DNA from: Octopus vulgaris
Taxonomy: Eukaryota
DNA length: 64,000 nucleotides
Reading direction: 5' to 3'
NCBI GenBank assembly: GCA_951406725.2
Contig: OX597816.1
Span: forward strand, 99,262,001-99,326,000
A model generated the notes under the pieces. That model was given only the letters and a program-made list of their open reading frames with translations, did not search any database and was not told where the DNA came from. Positions within the stretch are counted from its first letter, which is position 1, and the number at the start of each line of letters is the position of its first letter. This document shows positions 23,570-37,830 of this stretch, piece by piece. Both the position numbers and the translations under genes were made by a program.

Positions 23570-25284
23570 CAACAACAATAATAACAATAATGTATTGGAA
23601 ATTGGCCCTGCCGAGCACGATTACATTTTGAATTGTGTGTTAACTGGATTGAATTTATTTTCCTTTTTTATTTGTTTGTTCTTATCATGCCTAGCTCTAT
23701 TTTCATCAGTACTTAATGTGCTTCACCAGCAATGACCCAAATGTTATTGGTATTCTATTATGATGTGGATTTTCAGAATGTTTAGGAATATAGAATATTT
23801 AGGAATATAGTTACTGTCAGCTTTGATATTCTATTAATGCAAGTGAAGTATTGGAACCGTTATCTCAATCAAATTTAAAGTTTTATATCTTTGTAAGAAA
23901 ATGTTATTATTAATCTGACTATCTCTTCTCTGTTTTCATCCGCATTTTCTGTCTCGTTTTTGATCTTCTTTCCCCTTCTTCCAAAATCTCATCTAAAATT
24001 TCTTATTTCTTTCATTTTCACCTTAAATCTCATAACATCTGCTCGCAGCCAAGAATCTATCATTTAAGAATAGAAATAGTATGGTTGTCTATACTCGGCC
24101 AAAATCCTCTACTTGTAAGACAAATAAGAAAGACGTCTCTACATTTTCATATTTACCAAAGTAACGAAAGAAAAAAAACTATTAATAGAAAAATGCTGTG
24201 GCAAAAATTGGCGAGAAACTCAGCTAAATGTAGTATTGATTTTTTAAAAATTTCTTTTCGGACATTGATGACAAATACTGTAGGTAAAAGTTACAAAATA
24301 TAAAATATAATATATACATTCATCATTTTATGTTACGTTGTTTTTCATTTTCCTTTTACTGTTTGTAACTATTCTAACTTTATCATTTATTCACTTTGTA
24401 ATTCGTTCTTTCACAATGGATTTATTATTTTCATTTATTATTTTCAGTATTATGTTGGTTTTAGTTTATTGTCGTTGTTGCTGTTGTTGCTGTTGCTACA
24501 GCAATTGCTGATGTTCTTGTTGTATTTGAGATTTTTAGCTTTCATTGTGGTTTTGGCTTCATTTTATAGCTCGCATTTTATACGATTAATTTCCAGTAGT
24601 CCGATAGAAGAATCCAAGTAGCGCCAACACCGGCAAAATGTTCCAAAACTGAGACAGGTCTGGCATTTCTACTGATAAAAAATACAAAGCAGTTTCACAT
24701 TCTCCATATATATTTCTACTGTCTTACAAACGCTTCGTGATTAAAATATAATTTTGGTTTAATTCTAATGCTAGACAAACCCTATACATTCCATTTGTAA
24801 TACGCTCTAAGAACAAACGTGAATACATATACATGAACAGACACACAGAAAAACACATATACACACTTGCATAAATACATACATACAAGTATACACAACA
24901 TACTACCTCATAGACATACATACACACTCACTCACATATACATAATGCAAGTAGATACATGAAGTAGATAAATAAGAATAAACGGTTATAAATTATCGAC
25001 GCATGAACTCACATGACACAAACGCACATCTACGTGCGTACAAACACACCCACAGATAAACACACATGCGTATATATGTGCATGCGAAAAACGAAGCAGA
25101 TAAAAATATTGTGAGGATTTAAACACGCAGACATGTATATATATATATAGATAGATATATATAGATATATATATACATACCCATGTGGATCTATGTATGT
25201 ATGTATGCATGCATGTATGCATGTATGCATGTATGCATGTATGTATGCACGCACGCACGCACGCACGCATGCATGCATGCATGT

Positions 25285-25555
25285 GCGTGCTGATTTGTAT
25301 TCTCATGCATATAGTTGCTCATGTATATTTAAATGATAAACTTCTGAAACGTTTTACAGATTTTTGGAGTTCCTGTGACGGATTGGATCTGTAGTCTTCG
25401 AATTAGCTTTCTCCTTTCTGGTTTAGAAAAGCCTAATTTCTCAAGATTGGTTTTTAGGTAGTGTGTTACATATCCTAGGGTCCCAATAAAATCTTGCTGG
25501 TACAAATTGATAAGATATTGTCGGTATGGAGAAAATTATGCGAATAATCGAATAA
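25285..25555 (-). mobile_element. 3' end of an RLE-type (R4-like) LINE
   Basis: IGTLGYVTHYLKTNLEKLGFSKPERRKLIRRLQIQSVTGTPKICKTFQKFII*; homologous to ~32150-32400. Confidence 0.7.
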
Positions 25556-25971
25556 AACTGCTTTCGTTTGATATACAACATATATGTATATACATGTACA
25601 CATTTAAATAGAGAGAATGCAAAGACTGAACATTTTCAGATGATTAATATTCAATAATAAATATACAGCTATTTATATAAATCTTAAAATCTTTAAATTA
25701 TTTCAGCCTCAAAGCTGCGGTCATGTTGAGGCAACACCGTTGATAATGCTACACCATTGTTTGAATCCTCTTCTGACGTGTAGTATTTGGTGAATGATAG
25801 AATTTGATGCAGCTGCCCCATCTGTGCTTCCTACGGTGAGGTAGGCTCATCTGGAACCCTTCACAGGAGATCTAGTCTTGTTTTGAAGACACCTACATCC
25901 ACACCATGCTGTAAAACTGTATTAAGTAATTCTCATAGAATTTCAAATATATATTTTTTATTTTTTATCTT

Positions 25972-26131
25972 TTCTTGTTTCAGTCATTTGACTGCGGCCA
26001 TATTGGAGCACGGCTTTTAGTCGAACAAATCGACCTAAGGACTTATTCTTTGTAAGCCTAGTACATATTCTAACGTATATACACCAACATCAGTTGTCAA
26101 GAGATGGTGGGGGGACAAACTCAGACACACA

Positions 26132-26196
<65 letters not shown>

Positions 26197-26358
26197 GATG
26201 AGCTTCTTTCAGTTTCCGTCTACCAAATCCACTCACAAGGCTTTGGCCGGTCCGAGACTATAGTAGAAGACACTTGTCCAAAATGCCACGAAGTGGAACT
26301 GAACCCGGAACTATGTGGTTGAGAAACAAGCCTCTTACCACACAGCCATGTATGTGCC

Positions 26359-26360
<2 letters not shown>
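25972..26360 (-). mobile_element. tRNA-derived CORE-like SINE (octopus OR-type) with internal (TA)n
   Basis: Minus strand GGCTGTGTGGTAAG..CCGGGTTCAGTTCC..GGACAAGTGTCTTCTACTATAG..; tail GGCCGCAGTCAAATGACTGAAACAAG. Confidence 0.88.
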
Positions 26361-26389
<29 letters not shown>

Positions 26390-27617
26390 TTATACATCCA
26401 TTACAGCCGATCTTCTAAATCGGTTTCGATCTATAATACCATATAATTTGAATAATATACACGCTCTGTTACAATCATACGCGTATACCGTTTTTCTAAT
26501 TAATGTTTATGTGTGTTTATGTGTGTCAGCGTGTGTGTGTGTTGTATGTCAGTATTTGCCGTGTGTATGTTGTGTGTGTATACTTGAATGTATGGATATA
26601 TAAATGCGTATACATGTGCGTGTGTTTTTTTGTGTTTATATTTATAATATCTGTAGAAATCGCAGGCGTATCACAGCCGCTGTATTCTCTTCCAGTATGT
26701 TTAAGACTACATCCCTACCTTGAGTAAATAATAAGGAATTTTCCCTATTGCCCCGGGCTGTAATGATTCTGCAACATGCAAAACAGGATTTTCTTCAAAG
26801 AATATATCATTATTTGCCATTGATTTCAGTTTAGCAACTACTTATAACTAATGGTTGTTGTTTTTTTTTAGCCCCAGGCTACTCTGGTCGAGCGCAATAA
26901 TGATGAAACAGCTCCATCCAACTTTGACGAAGCGTAACAATGCTCATACTCATTCTTTTGAATATAGCGTTTCTATGTCACCATAATGTAATGTGCCCAT
27001 TTTTAAAAACAGTATGAAGTTATGTGATTGGGAACTGTTGGCTTCTATTACTAATAAATCAAAACATCCCATACCTGCTTCCACGATGCCTACAAATGAC
27101 TTGTTGACCTAATATGCTGCGAAAAATTATGTGTATCTCATCTCAAGCTCACCTAACATTTCCGTGCTCCAAATTTTAAAACTCAGAATCCCCTTAACGC
27201 TTACAATATTTTCTTTATCAAATTGACTCAAATCTTGCGGCTAAAACTAATCACAAATGAAGTTAATCTCACCAGAGTGGTAGAAACCACCAAGATAATA
27301 GTTATTACACCTTCCTTCGTTATCTACCATAAAATATCGAGAAATGGAATTAATATTATTTCTAACTATGAACATATCGAAAGGAAAGGAAATGAAATGA
27401 AGTGTCAATAGATGTTTTCTTGACAATGCGGCACTGAAAAAGTATGTCATCATTCCACTGCCCTATATATAATAGCACCGGCCTGTGTATTACTCTGATT
27501 TATTCGTGTGTCCTTATATCTACAATTCTTCTCTCATCCCCTTCTCTCTATCTGTTTGTCTTTGTCCGTCGCTCTCCCCGTCTTAAATAAATCTTAGTGT
27601 ATTCTTATGAACACACG

Positions 27618-27619
<2 letters not shown>

Positions 27620-27660
<41 letters not shown>

Positions 27661-27859
27661 TACAGACATACAGACAGATAGACAGATAGATAGATAGATA
27701 GACAGACAGATAGATAGATAGATAGACAGATAGATAGACGGACAGATAGACGGACAGATAGACGGACAGATAGACGGACAGACAGACGGACAGACAGACG
27801 GACAGATAGACGGACAGGCAGACAGACAGACAGACGGACAGACAGACAGATAGACAGAC

Positions 27860-27890
<31 letters not shown>

Positions 27891-28000
27891 TAGACAGACA
27901 GATAGACAGACAGATACAGACAGATAGACAGACAGATACAGACAGATAGACAGACAGATAGACAGACAGATAGATAGACAGATAGATAGATAGGATATAT
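27620..28000. repeat. (TA)n plus (GACA/GATA/GACG)n tetranucleotide tract
   Basis: Directly visible. Confidence 0.95.
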
Positions 28001-28631
28001 AGAAACATGTATGTAATTATTTCAGTATATGTGACTGTATTTTTTCGATTGTCTACTCTTTTCAGTCATCATTATATATATATATATATCATTGTGCGTG
28101 AATGTGTGTGTGTGCGTGTATATGTGTTAGATATGCGCGCGTGGAGATAAAGGAGGTGACTGTACAATAGTTTTAGTCTATTTCATCTCGATCTTCAAAG
28201 TATTCTCATACGGCTACTTTCTAAGTACAGCTCATCGTCGTCACACGGCAACATTATCTACATATGTCTCATCTCCTCTCTTTCACTGCTCTCTCTCTCT
28301 CTTTCTCTCTCTCGCTTCCTGATCCATTCTTTCTCCTTTTTCTTCCTCCTATAGAACTCTTTGACATTCAAAGTACGAAATCATTAACTTTCAGTGTTAA
28401 CGCAACTACGTTTTCACACCAACTACTACAACTACACTCAATCTGGTTATTACCTTAACTCTATTTCTTTCATTTGCAAATATCTCAACGTGTTACTCTC
28501 TTGTTGTATAGCATCTGTCATTTCTTATTTTTTGTAACACTATGTTTTCAGCTGGCGTTATATATATATATATATATGAATTGAACATTTGCTATTGCTT
28601 TCTCATTCATCGTCATTCATTATATGAATCA

Positions 28632-28918
28632 CTAGCAGTATCGCCCGGCGTTGCTCGGGTTTGTAAGGGAAATAACTATAAAGCATTTTAGAGTTACTTC
28701 CCTTTAAAAAATTATGCATTAAAATGGAAAAAAATTATGGTAAATTATTTTTATAATCGTAGACTCATCGTAGACGCGCGCTAATACCCAGAAGGGCTCG
28801 ATATGAATCACGACTATAAGATACCCGGTTTTGTTTAAACTGCACCGCAAAATGTGGGAGTAGTTAGGAATCTAAATCGGAGTAGACTGACACACAACCT
28901 TACTTTTATATATAAAGA
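28632..28918 (-). mobile_element. Non-autonomous Helitron (287 bp)
   Basis: Minus strand A|TC 5' end, subterminal hairpin CCCGAGCAACGCCGGG, CTAG|T 3' end; no TSD. Confidence 0.85.
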
Positions 28919-29057
28919 TATATTCTATATAAGCTCAACCTAAACTCATATATATATATACATATATGCATATATATATAAGAATATATATAACATAATA
29001 TCTATACTATATTTATATATATACTATATTTATATATATACTATATTTATATATATA

Positions 29058-29106
<49 letters not shown>

Positions 29107-29231
29107 CACATATACATATGCATATATAAATATATGCATTTATATCTGTAACTATGTATGAACACTCACACAAACGCACCCAAACGCAAAAATACACACA
29201 CACGCACACACATATATATACATATATATGC

Positions 29232-29262
<31 letters not shown>

Positions 29263-29738
29263 CATATATGTTTAGTTTTATTTTTGGTTATGCGACTGCA
29301 TTTAACCATCTTTGTAATTCGGTATTTAGCTTTGTTTTACAAAGTTAATGAATTTCGCCAACTGAAAATTATAATGAGCCCGTTAGATATATCTGTAATT
29401 AAAATACTATTAATCAAAATTACTTGCTAACCTTGCAGCAAATATTTAACGTGGATCTAGACACATGTGAAAATTCGCCAAAATAGTGATAAGATAGCGA
29501 TTTATTAAGTATACCAGATGTTTACTGACAATACAGAGTTAGAAAAATATCAGGTTGCTGGTCACCTAATGGTTTATCAGAGGTGTAGCACAGTGTTTTT
29601 GCCAAATATATTTCAGTATTATTGTTACTGAATAGCTAGTCATAAACAATTATCATACAATGTATTTTTTAAATTAATTTTTCAAAGCCACAGAGAACTT
29701 AAAGTATTGTTTGAGGCAACTAAATTTCATGTATAAGA

Positions 29739-29925
29739 TGTTAGCATGATGTATTAATATAAATCTACGTCTGAGGTTGACTACCAGATATTATGTTTGG
29801 GCCGTTAACATGATGTAATATAAATAAATCTTTATTTGAAGTTGACTACTAAGAACTTGATGTTTGTTTTGCCAAGCTAACATGATGTGAAATTAATCTT
29901 TATCTGAAGTTAATACCAGAACATT
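29739..29925. repeat. Three degenerate ~65-70 bp tandem units
   Basis: gtta(g/a)cATGATGT...aaatct...(c/t)TGA(g/a)gtt(g/a)a repeated three times. Confidence 0.75.
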
Positions 29926-31974
29926 TCATTAACAGATGCATTTTGTGACAACGTAATGAAGGAGTACGAAAAATTAGTGTGAGAATATCCAAAGATAGAA
30001 CAGAACATCAGCAATGGATTTCTAGCTATACCAATTGAGTCCAGCATTTGATAATTTTGTCTTCAATAAATAGTGAAGCAATTTAATGTTTGGTATTATA
30101 AATTTAGGAGTTATTGTGATGCAGTACATTGATTGGCTCACATCGTGAGTAAAATCAAGCGTAAAAGCCACAAATTCTGTCCAGGGAAGAAAGTTTGAAT
30201 CATAATCACTTAATGTATTGAATCCTGGAATAAATTCCAAAACATCACGAAACTATTTAAAAGAGCTTGTAGACTGAAGAGAAGTTGAAAAACATATGGT
30301 GAATCAGTGGACGTTTAGTTGCAATGAAATGAAGACATTTCTTTTTCTTTTTGTGCTATGGTGTACAGAACTATTTTATTTTCGATAGAAAGAAGTCTTC
30401 TTAGAGAAATACAACCAGATAGAAAGAAATCAATCTTAAAACGATATTTGTAAGTTATAGTTACATTGAGATAGTAACCATTATAATAGTTCAGTATCTA
30501 AACCGATTTCTTTACCACCAGGAATCTTTTTGTTTGAAAGCAGAACATTACTTATAAGGTTTATATAACTCGGTCGCTTTGAAGTGCTTCCGGTTTAAAA
30601 CCAACAACTTGCCAAGCATTGTACTAGGTCTGATAATGAGAAGAGGCTAGTCAAGATACAATCGACATTGTAGGCTAAAACTGTCTCGCAAATGTGTGCT
30701 TGCCTAAAAACAAGCTGAATACGTCAACAAATATTTTCCACTTACATCCTTCGTCGAAAGTGAAAAAAAAAATCGTACCAGCCAACAAAATACTAACTGA
30801 GATAGTGTCTGAAAGTTTCAGAAATCAATAAAAACTTTCTATAGATGGCTTTTTCTTCAACAAATCATTCGTCAGTAATGCTTGATAATATCATCTTTTT
30901 CTGTAATATATTCTATTTTAGCTTGATATTTTTCATATTTCGCATGTGTTTTTAAACTTTTTTCTCTTATACGTTAATTTTACTCCGTTCTTCATAGAAA
31001 GAGATAATCTAAATAGCTTTTGCCGCCATACTACCGTTATTTTATGTTTAACTGATGCTAGACATTTATTTTCTCAAAGTCCATATATCTGCATATCAGT
31101 TGTATATAGCTAGTTGATTTTGATGACCTTAAACAAGTATTTGCTTTCTCTTTAAGCTTCATAATTTCAACGAAGACGAATAGCCAAAAGTGTTTTACGA
31201 AAATATTTCAGGAGAAAAAATCAACGTATATACATAAGTTTTAGATTGATACTTGTTGATACATTTTAAAGAATATCTGCCTCAAGTTGGACAAGTTTAT
31301 ACCCGTCTATGCTAATAAAGCAGTTTTGTTTTTAATTTTTGTATGCAATTGTTTTTTGTTTTTTTTATTTATTTATGTACTTATTTATATTTAAATTAAT
31401 CTAAGATTAAAATTAATACTTTCACCTGAATAAATAATTTGTATTATAAACCACGTCAAACCGATAGCTGTTTGGTAGGTTAGAAGGGCTTCACTTCCCA
31501 ATAGGCTTCTATTATAAGTACAGATAACTATGGCTTCTCTCCTATCTACAACTACTACCCCAACTCCAACTAAACGCACTTCATTTTTACTTATCATTCT
31601 TCACTCGGCAACATTTCCATTACCATACTGTAAATTAAAACTGCCAACTAATCCGTTTTCCTCGGAATTGCATCCTGCTGAAACGAATTAATTTATCTTG
31701 TTTTGAAAACTGCATTATAGCCAAGATGTAATATATTTGTGAGTTAATCACACAACTTGAATAATCTTTTGGTGTAAAATATTCGAATAGGAACGTATAG
31801 AAATTGTTGTCTGCGTATAAGAGAACCATGCGTTGTCTTTTTTAGTCATTCCAAACAACAAAACTCTTAAGCGAATTGATGTCATATCAAGATTAATTTG
31901 GCAGGGCAGTGCGAAGATTGTGGATACATGCGCACTGACAAACATACGTATACACATATACCTACATATGTGTA

Positions 31975-33960
31975 TGTTATTTAGATTTCTTTCTAGGTTT
32001 CACGCCAATAGAGAAGAAACCGGACTTTAATCTAGATCCAAGGTTCCTCCGGTGGAATTTCAGCAACATCAGTAGTACATTTGTGCATGAATGGGTTTTT
32101 GTGCATGTATTTTGGTTAGTGCATGCGCAAATCTGTACATATTCTTTTATTTATGTATTCTCATGCATATAGTTGCGTGCCAAGACGAGTGCATATATAT
32201 TTATGCTACACCCTGGAAAGTTTTACAAATTTTGCCACTCCCATTGCTGGCTTGTACCTGTAAGATTCTATTTCACTCGTTCCTTTGTGGTTATGAGAAA
32301 TATAATTTCTCAAGAGTGGTACTGAGGAAGTTTGTTACCTATCCTAGGGACCCAATAATTACTGGTAAATTTAAAATTATAATCCGGGTGGAGTTGTAGT
32401 AAATTAGTCATCAGTTCAGCCAAGGTGTTGAATGTATGTACGTATGCAGGCATGCATGTATGTATGTATGTATGTATGTATGTATGTATGTTTTATTTTT
32501 AATTACTTGAAATATTTTCTATGGAAGGTACTGGTTTCTAACAAAATACAAATTGCCATCTCTGGAATGTTGATAATAAAAAACAACTTCATAAGTCGAG
32601 CATGGGTAAAATTTTGAATATTTTTACTTGTACGCTTACAGATTGTATTTGTAATGTTTGAGTTTATTAATTGATTTCTTTTTCTTAACACTGTTAACTT
32701 ATCAAGGCTATAACATATTCCGAAATTTAGGTGCTCCAGTTATTGATGTAAATGTGAATTTGTAATCTGAATATAGAAAATAGTTGTTTCGGAGCAGTTG
32801 TCCGTAGTTATTCTTCTTTTCTTTCTTTGACTTTTCTAAGTAATATTCATATCTGACATCTATGACAGAACATAGTTTTAATTGTCTGTCCCAAACAATT
32901 ACATTCGGGCTATTATGTTTGCACTTGATTGAAGTTTTTATGAGAAATGTATCACCAGTATTCCTTATACTGATGCTTACATACGTATTCAAAAGCAGGT
33001 GAAGGTTCTCTATATTACTCCCAGAACCGTCTTTTTAACGGATAACATTGTATATTATATTAGCAACAATATCGTGTGGCTTTGAGAGGTAGTGTTTTGG
33101 TGACATTTTAGAGTAATTGCTAATCCCATGTGTGACATCATCCACAAAAATGTGACATAACCTACATTTTCGGTTGGATCTTGGAGCTCGAATGGCTTCA
33201 CTTTTTGTTTTGTTTATTAGGTATTTCATAGGAATCTCTTGTCCTTGGAATGCAAATGTATAGCTTTTGAAGTGTTGTTTGATGAAAAGAGAGGCTGCAG
33301 TTATTGTTGATGTTACTTTCATTTTCAAATACTGAGGAAACATACCCGTCTTTCATCTTTTTTCTTTGTTTTATTGAGCGTTTCATATCCTGGCCTTCTT
33401 AGTCTAGGTGTTTTGGGTTGTACAGAATGTCATCAAGAAGAGAGTACTTCCCGAGGAGGCCATTACAGATACGTTGGATGCTCTCTTCCCTTTTCAGTGT
33501 TAGGTCTATGTATTTGTTTTTACAGCCGTTTTTTAATTGGTGCTACCCCAGAGAGACTATGCGAAATTCGAAGGTTGTCTCTACTGATCTCAAAACTCTA
33601 CCCACTTCGTCTCTTCTTAGTTAGAACATTTCAATATACCTGTTTCTGTGGAAAGTTCCAGTCGATATCAAAATTTTCCTGGTTTTAATGTCTAAGCAGT
33701 GGAATTCATCTACAGACCAGTTAAGTATCCCAAGTGTCGGTATCAGTTCTGGTACTGAAAATCCTTTGTGGGATATTGTGTTGTGGTAAGAGAAGAGTTC
33801 CGACTGCTATGTTTTTTCTGGTTTAATAGTCTGGTTTAATAGTCTAGAGTTACTCTATTCGTTATTTGGAAGATGATGGATTGAAAGACGATTCATACAC
33901 AGGTTTTGATTATGCAGAGCTGATTTTCCATGTTCAACAATACCATTCCTCATACCATTC
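31975..33960 (-). mobile_element. Two tandem RLE-type (R4-like) LINE 3' fragments
   Basis: FAFQGQEIPMKYL, KCRLCHIFVDDVTHGIS (CCHC remnant), HDIVA, HNSPNVIVWD; separate 3' end at 31975-32430. Confidence 0.75.
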
Positions 33961-34207
33961 CTGTGTTTTTATTAACTCCAGCTGATTTTGACATTATTAT
34001 TGTTAACGTTTTTAGCATAGATATTCATGTCATCCGCATTTAAAATATATATAACATTAGTAGTCCCAGCAGTTGTATAACATAGTATGTAGATAAAAGA
34101 TTTGAATTTTTGTAAAAGAAATTATAATGTTTTTAATGCCAAAATAAACAGAATTACAGAAAGAATATTCCCATCAATATTCCGTTTGTAATATATATAA
34201 CCTCATA

Positions 34208-34415
34208 AGGCAGTGAGCTGGCAGAAACGTCAACACACCGGGCGAAATGCTTAACGATATTCCGTCTGTCTTTACGTTCTCTGTTCAAATTCTGGCGAGG
34301 TCGACTTTGCCTTTCATCCTTTCGGGGTCGATAAATTAAGTACCAGTTGCGTACGAGGTCGGTCTAATCGACTGGTTCCCTCCCCCAAAATTTCGGGCCT
34401 TGTGCCTAGAGTAAA
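34208..34415 (+). mobile_element. Meta/MESC-core tRNA SINE
   Basis: GGCAGTGAGCTGGCAG..GTTCAAATTC..GAGGTCGACTTTGCCTTTCATCCTTTCGGGGTCGATAAATTAAGTACCAGT. Confidence 0.9.
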
Positions 34416-35129
34416 AAAAAACATATACATAACATCATAGATGATTGTTACATTATCAATTCTAAGAAATATGCCTTAAATGGAATAGTTCATTCAAGGC
34501 ATACTTCACCAGTATACATTCATCATTATTACTCTAATGATCATTAGGATTGTGACTGCTAATTGTTATAGTGGCAGAGAAGCAGTGGTCTGTTGCCTTA
34601 GCTTGTGCTATAGTCTTACTGCCATATACCATGATGTCCGTAGGAAAGCCATTAACTGTGGAAGCAGTTGTTCTAGAGGAATAATTGTTCGCGTTTTTGT
34701 TCAGACAATTTTGGAACGCAATTATTTTTATCTCTTCTTTGAATAAAGTTACATTCATTAATTATCTTCCTGGGTTCAACAAATAGTGCTTGCTGACATA
34801 ACTGTTTAGCTGTAAAATAATTCAAATCTGCGTGCAACCCCCACCCCAGGGTATTTTTAATCTATTCATACTTAACAGTGCGGTTTTGTTTTGTCCTTTT
34901 ATAGCAATGAAAGAAATAATTCAGTTCATACCTTCAAGAAAAAGGCATTTATATTTAGTTTCTTTTATAACTAGAAGTAAAGCGAGTCAGTTCACCTCTT
35001 ATGATGTTTAATTTTGTTGTCGATATTTCCGTATTCAGACTTGTTATTTGTCACAAATCATTACATTGTAAATTCAACTATATGTGTAAAATCACTAGGA
35101 TTTTGAATAAAAGCCTCCTCCCAGTGATT

Positions 35130-35180
35130 GTAAATGGCTGTAAGGAGTAAATTGCTGTAAGGAGTAAATGGCTGTAAGGA
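35130..35180. repeat. 17-bp tandem repeat x3
   Basis: gtaaat(g/t)gctgtaagga x3. Confidence 0.9.
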
Positions 35181-36554
35181 ATACTCATTTCTAACTTCCA
35201 GCTATCGGAATCTGTCGTGAATTATTATCTTCGTCATTCTCCCTTCGTCTATTTCTCTTCTCACTAATCAGTAGTAGTTTTAATACACCCTTGCCTGCCT
35301 CCTAGAGAGAGACTTATCCACGTCGCATCCTAGTGCATCCTGAACGTTGAGAAACAGTGGAAACATTTTTGCTTCACCAATGATGAAACATTTGATTGTT
35401 AAACATGGGAAACACCAGTTAATTTTCTTCGTTTTTGGTTCCATCTAACTTATTAGTAGTGTAGTTCAATCTAACCATAAATTTCCTGGATAATTGCTGT
35501 TTCACTATTTGCAAGATTTATAACACCTTTATCATGTCTTGTGTAATGAATAATTTAAGTCGCTCACACACTGCAGTACATTAACAACACATGATACAAC
35601 CGTCTACTAATATTTAATAGTTTTGATATTTGTATCATCAAAATACAACCTAGAAATTAGTGTTAATTCTTGGAACACAGGCCTGGAAAATATGAAGATA
35701 TTATTTTACGGTAATAACAATGTATCTCATTCAACAGCACTAAAACGCGTTTACTATGTTACTATGCATATAAATAAACATATGTACAGGGCACATTCCC
35801 TCAACAAACTAAACTCGCTAACGCATTACATGACTTCCTTTAGTATTACGGAATTCTGAATGCGTTCCTGAAACTGTATCCTTGTTTTCTGGTTTTTATT
35901 CTTTTTCTTTTTTCTTTTATTCCATCTTTCAGGTTTTATAGTAATCTAATATGGTTAAAACTGTATCTCAATGACTACACTAATTCAGAGAGGACATTTC
36001 GTCCGTATCAGACTTTAACTTTTTATCAAATGCGAATATCACAGGAATATTGACTATATCTAGCACAGCTCTATTTTAATGCACCCACCACATATTACAC
36101 GAGTTTTATACATCCAAGTCTACACCAAAAATGGACACCTATCTGATATACTCACCAGTACACTGTAACAAAAATCCAGAACACATACAGCCTTCTGTGT
36201 CTTTTCGAGTGCTGCTTCTAAGGATATGCACTACTGTACTAACACTCACCCCTTATGTATCAGCTTCCCATTCTCTTGCCAAATCTTTAGTCAAGTCTTT
36301 GCTCGATACCCCTGCCTGAAAACTTTTATCTTCTGAATGTCGCGCTGCTCCGTATTTATCCAACATCAATATTAGCATAAAGAAGAGTCTCAAGTACTTA
36401 TTTTCTTTCTCCATTCTCAACCCCTCTTCTCCTCTGACAAATTAAGGAATATGTTATCCTGAAATAAATATGGGCAGGTCGCACTTTCGTTGTTATTTGT
36501 TACAGATATGTGTGTGTAATAATGATGATGATAATAATAATAATAATAATAATT

Positions 36555-36975
36555 TCTATTATAGGCATTAGGCCTGAAATTTTGGGGGAGAGAGTTAGTC
36601 GGTAACATCGACCCCTAGTGTTTCACAGGTACTTAATTTATTGACCCTGAAAGCATTAAAGATAAAGTCGACCTCGACAGAATTTGAACTCACAATTTAA
36701 AGACGGGAAAAATATCACTAAGCAATTTTCCCGGCGTGCTAACGATTCTGCCAGCTCGCTGTTTTCAATGGTTTCAAATTTTGGCACAACGCCAGCAGGT
36801 TTGGGGAAGGGGATAAGTCGATTACATCGACTCCAGTGCTTAACTGGTACTATTTTATCAACCCTGAAAAGATGCAAAACTGACCTCGGCCAAATTTGAA
36901 CTCAGAACGTAGAGACGGACGAAATGCCGCTAAGCATTTTGACCTGTGCGGTAACGATTCTGCTAGCTTACCGCT
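36555..36975 (-). mobile_element. Two tandem Meta/MESC-core SINEs within (AAT)n
   Basis: Copies at ~36555-36760 and ~36768-36975, each the reverse complement of the 34208 element. Confidence 0.88.
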
Positions 36976-37027
36976 TAAAAATAATAATAATAATAATCAT
37001 CATCATCATAATGATAATAATAATTAG

Positions 37028-37830
37028 GCCATTGAACATCAATCCACTTATAAATACCAGAAAATACTTGAAGGAAATAGAATTAAACACAACTATTTGA
37101 AAGAAACCACAAGGAAAAAGTACCTGCGGTGAGTGAGAAAAAATAAGAAGAAAACTGATAAGTGTGGAAGACTTCGCATGTATCGAACTCGGGAGCTTAA
37201 GGAGAAACATATCCCAAAGTAAGGAAAACTTGCTAGTCTCAGCTAGGAATGAGGGAGTATTAAAAGCAGAGAAAAATGGAAAAACAAAGGAAGAAGTACA
37301 AAAAGGACATGAAGAAGTATTATGCAACAAGAGACTACACAATCAATTCCATAGAACCACAACAAAAGTTGCTGGAAAACTTAGGTGGGATTGGCTCAAG
37401 AAAGGAACATTGAAAAGGTGACTGAGAGCATTATAGTGGCAGTGCAAGACCAAGCTTTGGCCACGAGTTGGAAGGTTAACCTTAGGAATGAGTAAGTGTC
37501 TCGGTTGTGTTGCATCTGTAATAGAATGGATGAAACCATTGCCCATATCTCGTTCGAATACCTTAGACTTGCCCAAAACCACTCCAAGTTCTGACGACAC
37601 GATAAGGTAGCGAACGTGCTACATTGGAAACTGAGTGAAAAGTGGGGGCTAGAGAAAGGCAAGACGTGGTATGAGCACAAACCGCAGAGAGTGGCGGAGT
37701 CGAAGACTTGCAAAATCGGTCGGGATTTACCAATCCAAACTGATCAGGTGCTAGAGTATAACAGACCGGACTTAGTTGTGATCGACAAGATGCACCACAA
37801 TTTTTATATAGTTGATGTTGCATATAACAT
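37028..37830 (+). mobile_element. R4/Dong fragment (CCHC and RLE region)
   Basis: LHNQF..WDWLKKGTLK, AVQDQAL, KCLGC, RHDKVANVLHWKL, NRPDLVVIDK..IVDVA. Confidence 0.88.

Larger units (their letters stand above)
21290..24671 (-). pseudogene. Candidate decayed type I membrane-protein exons (signal-peptide and TM exons)
   Basis: Acceptor then MPDLSQFWNILPVLALLGFFYRTT (ATG at 24666); acceptors at ~24278 and ~21433, the latter followed by LSVVIVTLIFDIFTWWHFYAKK. Confidence 0.35.
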
